Shown here piece after piece: positions 1 to 7,167 of a stretch of 11,685 nt of DNA. This DNA comes from Candidatus Poribacteria bacterium. GTDB taxonomy: Bacteria > Poribacteria > WGA-4E > UBA9662. The notes under the pieces were generated by a model, which was given only the letters and a program-made list of their open reading frames with translations, was not told where the DNA came from and did not search any database. The stretch is taken from positions 1 to 11,685 of the forward strand of contig JAYGDX010000076.1 of NCBI GenBank assembly GCA_046582655.1, in the 5' to 3' direction. The number at the start of each line of letters is the position of its first letter. Position 1 is the first letter of the stretch. A program made the translations under genes and the position numbers.

Positions 1-138
1 AACGTCTTTCAAGTCGCCATCCAACGGCCAATACGCAACCAGATCCGCATGGATAACAGGGGGAAAAGCCAGCAAAACTGCAATCAGTGCGATGCCGCAA
101 GACGCTCGAAATTTGGCATTCCTCAAATGCTTTTTCAT
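1..138 (-). CDS. Secreted LamG-like (concanavalin A-like jelly-roll) domain protein, N-terminal part; runs off the left edge
   Basis: Manual translation from ATG at 138: MKKHLRNAKFRASCGIALIAVLLAFPPVIHA-DLVAYWPLDGDLKDV. This is a Sec signal peptide followed by the LVAYWPLDG motif that typically opens LamG-like domains. Not in the ORF track. Confidence 0.8.
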   Translation of the reverse strand, partial: MKKHLRNAKFRASCGIALIAVLLAFPPVIHADLVAYWPLDGDLKDV

Positions 139-211
139 ACGTTTTCGGTGTTGGTAGAAATAGTAAAACGTATCAATTTTAGCTTCCTCCAATCTACGGT
201 GATACTAATAC

Positions 212-374
212 GGTTGCTTGGATACCGGTATAGACTTCATCCAACCATTCGGCTGTGGGAGGGATATCCTACCAGCCTACCCATGGCTCACGATCTTTAC
301 CTGCCAGTTCATGGTGCAGGCGTTGAGCAGACTCTATACCTTTGCATGAATAGGAGATGAACGACATCAGCCAT
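212..374 (-). pseudogene. TIR (TIR_2-like) domain gene remnant, copy 1 (5' end only)
   Basis: Reads MADV/(+1 nt)FISYSCKGIESAQRLHHELAGKDREPWVGW*DIPPTAEWLDEVYTGIQAT, matching the bacterial TIR start DVFISYSRKD...W.DW.DI.P...W..EI...I. It has a frameshift near 362, an in-frame TAG at 269-271 and is truncated near 212. Confidence 0.8.
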
Positions 375-510
375 ATCAGCGGCCCTTTGAGACTCAAGTT
401 GCGGTGCTTGATTTGGCATTCTAACACAGTTGCAGTCCCAAGAGAAAGTGGTAGGCTGTCAGTAATTAGCGTTGACGAACCATGTAGGCGCCTTCTAGAT
501 GATGAGATGT
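236..510. repeat. Diverged dispersed repeat, copy 1 (promoter, leader and TIR 5' end); homologous to ~6640-6980
   Basis: Collinear blocks shared with copy 2 (copy 1/copy 2): catccaa; cctaccagcc; cccatgg; ccagttcatggt/ccagctcatggt; gcgttgag; ttgagactcaagttgc/ttgagtctcaagttgc; ggcatt; tgacgaa; ccttctagatga/ccttctggatga. Confidence 0.85.
418..447 (-). promoter_or_regulatory. Putative sigma70 extended -10 promoter upstream of TIR remnant 1
   Basis: Minus strand TG-T-TAGAAT at 426-418, with a weak -35 (TTTCTC, 447-442). The same position in copy 2 is TG-A-TACAAT. Confidence 0.55.
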
Positions 511-519
511 AATGCAGTG

Positions 520-930
520 CTACGCCGTTTTTGAAGCTGATCTTTTGCGCTGGAAAATTATCCGACGTAATGTATGTACCGCCGCGGCGGTACATACACG
601 GAGGTCTTGTCCCACTTTGACCACCTTTGATGCAGTTCTATACCGGTTTCTGATTCTGTATTTCACTTCTATCATGGCATCTAGATGGGCCACAATCTCT
701 TCGATTAAGGCATGTAAAGCGGCTTTACGGGTTTCTTCCCTTAGCAGCTCCAGCCTCATCAGGTTGCAGAACTCTTTAAGGTCGACTTTGAAGTCCGTAA
801 TGACCGTCTTTTGCCTGGCTAAACGGGCCTCCAACTCTTTCTTCTTGGCTTCTTCCTGTTTGTAGCGACGGGAAACGTCAAGCGTTGGCAACGACGCATC
901 CGCTAGGGCCATTACTCTGGTTCTCACCAC
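520..930 (-). pseudogene. C-terminal fragment resembling a large serine recombinase/integrase (coiled coil plus terminal region); no catalytic domain
   Basis: Coiled coil (RRYKQEEAKKKELEARLARQK) followed by RKAALHALIEEIVAHLDAMIEVKYRI, similar to the R.ALL..LIE.IVV....IEI.YR tail of large serine recombinases. The 5' end abuts the truncated beta-helix gene near 925-930. Confidence 0.55.
571..598. repeat. Perfect 28-bp palindrome, att-site candidate
   Basis: TGTATGTACCGCCG|CGGCGGTACATACA is its own reverse complement, with no spacer. Confidence 0.9.
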
Positions 931-1398
931 TCGCCTGAATTCCAGAATACTTATGGTGTCGGATGGTGGAGTTGGCTATGGTGGGCGAGGCCTTGCTGCA
1001 GTTAACCCCGGTCGTGCCGTATTTAATTACCGCATGCTGAATCAGGCAGTTATTGTCCACGCTGGTATCCCGAAACTGGATTTGACCCCAGTTTCCGGCC
1101 GACTTGATGGTCTGGTTGGAGGTGGAGGTGATCAGTTTATCGGCTGTGCCTTGCGCCACCAGGGTGCCGTCGATCACCAGGTTGTAATCGCCGTCGAACT
1201 TGACTGTCACTCCGGCTTCGATGGTCAGGGTGGCACCACTACTAACATTGACACTTCCTTTGATAATATAAGGGCTATTATTCAGTTTCCAAGTGGTATT
1301 TTCGCTAATGACACCGCTCTCTTCTGTCGGCCCAGCGGCGTGGAGCAAAAACCAGTCCACATCAGTAACAGCAGGGCCATCGCTGGCCAGAGCTTCAT
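878..1398 (-). pseudogene. Secreted right-handed parallel beta-helix (pectin-lyase-like) protein; frameshifted and 3'-truncated
   Basis: An RBS (GGAGAGGAAGG) and ATG at 1398 give a signal peptide MKLWPAMALLLLMWTGFCSTP that is out of frame with SGVISENTTWKLNNSPYIIKGSVNVSSGATLTIEAGVTVKF...GNWGQIQF...ASPTIANSTI (ORF 878-1360). Frameshift near 1330-1340; similarity ends near 930. Confidence 0.8.
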
Positions 1399-1615
1399 CG
1401 CCTTCCTCTCCAAAATTAAGCTGTTATCACCCACTTCCATCATCTCTCAATAGTCCCACAGGTAAAATATTGTCAAAGTTAAAAACAGGCTCTATTTTCT
1501 GTCTGATAGAAACTAATTTCTCTTAGTACCATGCTAGTTCCACCAATAAAAACTCCTCCAATTTTTGAATTGCAATGGAAGGTTTCATGATGGGATCCTT
1601 CTGAAAACAGGTATT

Positions 1616-1662
1616 AACAAAAAAGCCCCAATGCTTGGCTGGTTCAACATCGGAGGCTTTTC
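1616..1662 (-). terminator. Putative intrinsic terminator (possibly bidirectional)
   Basis: AAAAGCCCCAATGCTTG...CAACATCGGAGGCTTTT imperfect stem. On the minus strand it ends GGGGCTTTTTTGTT, downstream of the vWA-PEGA gene. Confidence 0.55.
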
Positions 1663-1910
1663 CATCTCGACACCTCATCTATTTATGACTTCGATGTGCA
1701 GATATTATAATGAGCTATTTTTTCTTGATAATCAGTACATGTTTGATTTTGTGTCGTTTAAACTTCAATCTGGCAATCAGATTTAACAACCAGATGAAGC
1801 ATCTTAGCACAATCGTCATGTCAAGGTAAAGCGGAAGAATTCGCCGCCAAAAACTTTGTTTTGACAATTAGCGTGTGTTCTAATTCCGTTACAGCTAAAA
1901 CGAATACCTG

Positions 1911-3150
1911 TTACTGGTTGCCGACCGCATCCTCCAGCTCCTGGAAGGGGTCATTGGGTTGACCGACGGTGTAAACTTTTCCCTTTTGGTCTACTACTTT
2001 CTGACGGAAGATATCAGCGAACAGAACCATCTGTTCATCCTGAACAGGGATTTCCACTTCAATCTCCTGATCAGGTCCAAAATCGAAATCTGGAATCCCC
2101 CTGAGGCGAAGTTGAATGTTGCCATAAGGTGCTTTTCTAACCCGCAACTGACGGCCGTCTGCTTGGGCTTTCTTGAACCAATCCGCCTTAGCCAACGAAA
2201 TTGGTTTCCCCACCGCAGTCAGCCCAACGCAAGCGTCATCGAGAAAGACCGAGGCTCCCTGCGGACTGTAGACAATCAACAAATCAGCTCCCAGATCAGA
2301 CTGACGTGAATCAATCAAGGTTCGGTAACCGTTTTGCACCACCGCTTGACATTCCCAAATGCCACGATCATAGGTAATACCCACCTGGTAACTTCTAGCA
2401 GTAGCAGCACTCAACTGATATGGTGTTCGACCTACTTTGCGACCGTCCAGAATCATCTCCTGATTATCCGGGATCGTTAATCAGCAGCGTGCCAGTTTCA
2501 GCCTGCCGATTGCCATATTTCTGGTAGTACTGTTCCAATACATGCAGGTAGAGATCCTTCAGCTCAGTCGAGTCACGCGTCAGTTCCAATCTCCCATCGG
2601 TGGCTTCTACCAGCTTTCCCAGTTTCTCTTTGTCCACCCGACCCAGACCAATACCGTAGACAAAAACCCCTTCCGAGACATTCATCTTCTGTAGATCCGA
2701 CAGCGTGTATCGACTGAAATTGTCCGAGCCATCGGTCAGAAAGACCACGATCTTGGACCCCGGCTGATGTGCCAGTAACAAAGTGGCCCGGGCCATAGCG
2801 TCGTAGAGAGCGGTCGCACCCTTGGCTTTCAACTGGTCAATGGCATTTTGAAGGTCAGCTTTGCTCCGGGTTGGACTGGTAACCAGATTCACCTGGCTGT
2901 CGAATTCGATGACCGAGGCCCGATCATCAGCCCGCATGTGCTGAATAAAGGCTTTGGCACCTATCTTGGCTTGAGCCAGCAGTTGGCCTTTCATGCTGCC
3001 GCTACGGTCGATGACCAACGAAATGCGGTTAATGGCCAGCTGTTTCAACAGTTGATAGCAGTCGGCTAAAACAACAGAGGCCATGATAAATGTTATGAGT
3101 CCTATGATTAGAATCACTTTTAAAGAGTTGGATATTCTTCTCCTCCGCAT
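1911..3150 (-). pseudogene. Secreted von Willebrand factor A plus PEGA-domain protein, split by one frameshift (ORFs 2464-3150 and 1911-2456)
   Basis: Signal peptide, MIDAS motif DRSGSM, GATALYDA and VFLTDG (vWA). At ~2480 the frames join as GTLLI/TIPDNQEMILDGRKVGRTP, one continuous PEGA motif. A second PEGA-like repeat is LLIVYSPQGASVFLDD. Confidence 0.8.
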
Positions 3151-3336
3151 CAGATGAATTCGTTTCTATGAATACTCAAGGACTCAGCTCAAATCCATAG
3201 CACTCTCAATGGGAACCAACTAGGCATATGGATTCACTTTTCGTTAGAAGCAATGTGGTTGTTACAGAAGAAGTTGCTAGTGATAGGAGCCGGATTGTCT
3301 AACAGAAAAAGCAATCACTGTCTGTTTGGATGCTTC

Positions 3337-3366
3337 TTGACTAGATTCCAAAATTTCTAATATAAT
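3337..3366 (+). promoter_or_regulatory. Sigma70-type promoter
   Basis: TTGACT (3337-3342), an 18-bp spacer and TATAAT (3361-3366), pointing at the membrane-protein gene ~450 bp downstream. Confidence 0.65.
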
Positions 3367-3819
3367 CGCAGGTAGTCTATAGATGGAGCTAAACTTTACT
3401 TAACTTAGCCTATACTGACACAAAAACTGATATTAGCAACTAGGATTACTTTCCAATCCCCCTCAATTGCCTTTAAACTAATGAACACCCGGATGGACCT
3501 GCAGTTGAAACAACAAAAAACAATAATACAAGGGCCGACAACTGTCTTGAGCTTCTTGCTGATTCTCTATCTACCTGCTTGCAATGGGCTATCCTTTACC
3601 AGGATAAATTACCTTGACAGATGTAATGCAGGTAGTTCAAGCACGCCCGATTGTGGTATAGGCTGGTTGACAGAGGTGAGCGTGACGACAAGATTCTAGC
3701 TGTTCAGACATCGGGTCCACTTTCAGATGTAGTTGACTTGGAAAGCCTAGAGTCAAGATATAAGGGAGCGTTGCCAATCATTAAAATATTTATGGTGAGT
3801 TTATTGATAATATTCAAAC

Positions 3820-5775
3820 ATGTCGCCAAAGCTGAATAAAATGACAACCAACCATCAAAAAGCAACCAAACGCTCAATCTTCATTGGCATCCTGCTCATT
3901 CCGCTGAGTTCATTTTGGATCTCAAATTCGGAGATGGTGACAGGCGTGACCGAAATTACCTCAACCTCGCTCCTAATTGGGGCCGTTTTTGTGTTATTTT
4001 TGCTGATGTTAGTCAACGTTCTGCTAGAAAAGACAGTTCCTGATCACGCCCTCTCCGGGGCTGAAATGCTGACAATCTTCGTCATGCTCAACATTGGGAT
4101 GAGCATCAATGGGATTGGCATGTTCGGGTTTCTGGTCACAGCACTGTGCAACCCGTTTTGGTATGCTACCCCTGAGAATGGCTGGCACGACTTCTTCCCT
4201 GAGATTCCGAGTTGGTTTGTTCCGCAAAGCAAAGATGCGATTCAACACCTTTACCTCGGGGAATCGACTCTGTATCGTTGGGATCATCTCAAGGCGTGGG
4301 CGGTACCCATCCTAGTCTGGAGCGCATTCACCTTTGTTCTGTTGTGGGTTATGCTCTGTGTGAATGCTTTGCTACGAAAACGTTGGTTAGAACACGAGCA
4401 ACTTTCATTCCCCATTACCACACTGCCAGTGGAGATGAGTCTGCGGGAGCGGCGTTTCAGCGACTACTTGAAAAATCGCTATTTGTGGATTGGCCTGCTG
4501 ATCGCCATCCTGATACAAACGAATAACACGCTGCAGTACTATTATCCGCAACTTCCTTATATTAAAGTTAAGCCGTTCGACATCGGCCACTTATTCAGCG
4601 AAAGGCCGTGGAATGCGGTGGCCGGGTTTCCCATCGCCTTTCATCCCTGTGTCATCGGGTTGACTTATTTTATTCCACTTGATATTTCATTCAGTTGTTG
4701 GTTCTTCTTTCTGTTTCGAAAAGGACAACAGGTATTGGCAGCCATGATTAGTACTGGTGGTGGTTCAGTATGGGGGCCATCAGCTCGCTATCCAGCCATC
4801 GCTGAGCAGGGGGTGGGGGCGTGGATTGGATTAGCCTTCCTGGTATTATGGACCGGTCGAAAACATCTGGTTCAAACCCTCAGCATCGCTTGGTCAGGGG
4901 AACCATCAGATGAACCCATTCACCAGCGATATGCTTGGCTGGGTTTAATCCTGGGGATCATTGCTTTGGTTGCCTTTTGCAGTTTTGCTGGCCTTAATGC
5001 TATCGTCGCTACGATATTTATACTCTTATTTTTGTTGTATATGATTGGACTGACGCGAATCCGCTCGGAAGGCGGTGTTATCTGGAACTTTGGTCCTTAT
5101 ATCAATCCACCACAATTGATGGTTCATTTGACTGGATCTAGGTTGCTAAACCAAAGAGACCTAACGGTATTGGCCTATTTGCAGTGGTTCAACCTAGACT
5201 ATCGCTGTGCGGTGATGCCGCACCAATTGGAAGGTCTTCGGATTGCCCACGTCGGAAGGATTCAGAGGAAATCTATGTTTGGCCTTATTGTGCTTGCAAT
5301 GATAGTCGGAATTGCGGCCGCTTATTGGAACGTTCTGAGGATGTACTATATTAAAGGGGCAGGCACCCCATATGTTAACCTTTGGCGAACAAACATGGGA
5401 CTGATTCCATATCGTCAATTGCGGGCTTGGTTAGACTATCCAACCTACAGTGGCCTCGATAGCCTACCTTTCATTGGTGGAGGGATGCTGGCAACCTTCC
5501 TGCTGATGTTCCTGCGAACGCACTTCCTGTGGTGGCCGATTCATCCGATCGGCTACGCTGTTGGGCATAGTTTTATTATAGATCTGATTTGGACCCCGAT
5601 GTGTGTCTCTTGGTGCCTCAAAAAACTGGTTCTCCAATACGGTGGAATTCGCGCTTATCGCCAAGCTATGCCCTTTTTTATTGGTTTGTTATTGGGAGAT
5701 TACTTGAGTGGTTGTACTTTTAGCCTAATTGGTGTCATTCTCGATATTCCGATGTATCGCGTCTTTCCGAATTAG
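3820..5775 (+). CDS. Multi-pass membrane protein, DUF6785/DUF6784-like (putative OPT-like peptide transporter)
   Basis: 651-aa uninterrupted ORF with many hydrophobic segments and the family-like motifs YATPENGW, W.EHEQLSFPI, TRIRSEGG and FLWWPIHPIGY...YGGIRAYRQAMPFFIGLLLGD. The true start may be ATG 3841. Confidence 0.85.
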   Translation: MSPKLNKMTTNHQKATKRSIFIGILLIPLSSFWISNSEMVTGVTEITSTSLLIGAVFVLFLLMLVNVLLEKTVPDHALSGAEMLTIFVMLNIGMSINGIGMFGFLVTALCNPFWYATPENGWHDFFPEIPSWFVPQSKDAIQHLYLGESTLYRWDHLKAWAVPILVWSAFTFVLLWVMLCVNALLRKRWLEHEQLSFPITTLPVEMSLRERRFSDYLKNRYLWIGLLIAILIQTNNTLQYYYPQLPYIKVKPFDIGHLFSERPWNAVAGFPIAFHPCVIGLTYFIPLDISFSCWFFFLFRKGQQVLAAMISTGGGSVWGPSARYPAIAEQGVGAWIGLAFLVLWTGRKHLVQTLSIAWSGEPSDEPIHQRYAWLGLILGIIALVAFCSFAGLNAIVATIFILLFLLYMIGLTRIRSEGGVIWNFGPYINPPQLMVHLTGSRLLNQRDLTVLAYLQWFNLDYRCAVMPHQLEGLRIAHVGRIQRKSMFGLIVLAMIVGIAAAYWNVLRMYYIKGAGTPYVNLWRTNMGLIPYRQLRAWLDYPTYSGLDSLPFIGGGMLATFLLMFLRTHFLWWPIHPIGYAVGHSFIIDLIWTPMCVSWCLKKLVLQYGGIRAYRQAMPFFIGLLLGDYLSGCTFSLIGVILDIPMYRVFPN

Positions 5776-5866
5776 TCCAACTTTCTAGTACGTACTATTT
5801 CCACTTATTGTTGTCATACGTGATAATGGCAAAATTGTGCCGGGTTTTAAGCAAATCTGGACTTAC

Positions 5867-6610
5867 CTACAATTTTAGGCTGATATAATTTTCAATCATT
5901 GCCTGAATGGCGGTGATTTGCGCCTCAACACGACAGTCCAGACTCAGTGATGTCGGTGTTTCTGTCGTAACAAGCCGGTCAGTGTTATCCTGAAACAAAG
6001 CGATTGGAATTCCTAGACCGCGCATCTTTGCCCGTTCCTCCAGATCTAGTTCGTCAACCAACCCATCCGTAGCAGAAACACCGTCGATTTCTCCATCAAG
6101 ATTAATGGGACAAACTTCAGCCACCCTCTTCAGAATGTTTTGACCAATCGCGGTTACATCTTTTCGGTATTCATACATGTAATAGCCGTAACTTTCCCAA
6201 TCTTCATGCAGACTTATGATGACCTTGTACTCTTGATCGTTTACAAACTTGCGCAAGGCTTGAATTTCCGGCAAGTTTTTTGAGGGGAAAGCCCAGTTGA
6301 TGTCAATATCCTGATCATTATTACGTGTGTCATGGACATAACCGTGAGGATTAAGACACGGTATGATGTAAAATTGGAAGCTGTTAAACCAATTTTGATG
6401 GTTCAAATCACAGAAAGCGAGACAGGCTTCAACCCCAGCCGGTTCATCTCCATGGACACCGCCAAGAATCAGTATCTTCGGAAGCATATCATTTTTGGAA
6501 AGTGTAATACCGTAGATCGGCCAACCTGCGGCTGATCCTAGTATCTCAAACTTGGCATGAAGGGGATTCAAAGCGTGGATTCGCCTGATCACGCAATTAT
6601 AATCTCGCAT
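5867..6610 (-). CDS. M14-family zinc carboxypeptidase (succinylglutamate desuccinylase/aspartoacylase-like)
   Basis: GGVHGDEPAG (HxxE zinc ligands), PCLNPHG, TRNN..DIDIN, ISLHED (third ligand) and a C-terminal TTETP (catalytic Glu). Confidence 0.9.
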   Translation of the reverse strand: MRDYNCVIRRIHALNPLHAKFEILGSAAGWPIYGITLSKNDMLPKILILGGVHGDEPAGVEACLAFCDLNHQNWFNSFQFYIIPCLNPHGYVHDTRNNDQDIDINWAFPSKNLPEIQALRKFVNDQEYKVIISLHEDWESYGYYMYEYRKDVTAIGQNILKRVAEVCPINLDGEIDGVSATDGLVDELDLEERAKMRGLGIPIALFQDNTDRLVTTETPTSLSLDCRVEAQITAIQAMIENYISLKL

Positions 6611-6640
6611 GACTAACTTAGATCAAACCATGATAACGTT

Positions 6641-6783
6641 CCATCCAAATAAGGCTAGGAGGAAAATCATGGGGCTTCTTCTCGCCTACCAGCCCGCCCA
6701 TGGTCTCTGGCTTCCAGCTCATGGTTCAAGCGTTGAGATAACTTAATATCTTTACGCGAATATGACATAAGTACGTCCGACAT
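6641..6783 (-). pseudogene. TIR domain gene remnant, copy 2 (5' end only)
   Basis: AAGGGG RBS, then ATG at 6783: MSDVLMSYSRKDIKLSQRLNHELEAR, a frameshift, then PWAGW* (TAG at 6688-6686) and a degenerate DFPP-like block. As written it reads as a 38-aa ORF (6667-6783). Confidence 0.75.
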
Positions 6784-6827
6784 TATTAGTTGCCCCTTGA
6801 GTCTCAAGTTGCTGTACTTGCTTCGGC

Positions 6828-6856
6828 ATTGTATCACGATTGCCGTATTGGGTAAA
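6828..6856 (-). promoter_or_regulatory. Putative sigma70 extended -10 promoter upstream of TIR remnant 2
   Basis: Minus strand TTTACC (6856-6851), a 17-bp spacer ending TG-A, then TACAAT (6833-6828). Positionally conserved with copy 1. Confidence 0.6.
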
Positions 6857-7167
6857 GAGGCAGGTTCTATGACAGCACTTGCTCCTGACGAATCGCACGG
6901 GCACACAATGACAAGAGACGAGTCGGCTGGCGACCGATCTGTCTATTTCAGGCTACACCCTTCTGGATGAGGGATGCACTTCCATGTTTGGCGATAGCCA
7001 TATGATACCCCCACAGGGAGGACCACCATCGGTATGCTGGATTACCGGGCAGTATTTGCCGTTGCTTTTTTATTATGGATTTGGTCTTAATGTCAAACTG
7101 TCCGCAAGCACGAACCGATGCCGATTGACCGATATATGTACTGTGATATTTGCCTCGTGCCACCACG

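Larger units (their letters stand above)
6640..6980. repeat. Diverged dispersed repeat, copy 2 (promoter, leader and TIR 5' end); homologous to ~236-510
   Basis: Same collinear blocks as copy 1. It has a ~17-nt insertion near 6668-6685, a 7-nt deletion near 6704 and ~55-60 extra nt near 6902-6958. Confidence 0.85.

Noticed and set aside
269..595. 108-aa ORF (and the 79-aa ORF 6667-6906) as full proteins
   Set aside because: Only the last ~30-38 codons are TIR-like. The upstream parts run through the promoter and leader, and the two copies differ there by indels.
3481..3839. Short ORFs 3481-3699 and 3651-3839
   Set aside because: No convincing RBS or motif; cannot be supported as genes.
5786..5831. 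12-bp palindrome TAGTACGTACTA and an AT-rich hairpin between convergent genes
   Set aside because: Short, weak stems without a clear U-tract. They may aid termination but cannot be called.
236..6980. Repeat pair as a diversity-generating retroelement TR/VR, or as terminal repeats of one element
   Set aside because: Differences are not adenine-specific, include indels and are too numerous. No reverse transcriptase is present and no target-site duplication is evident.
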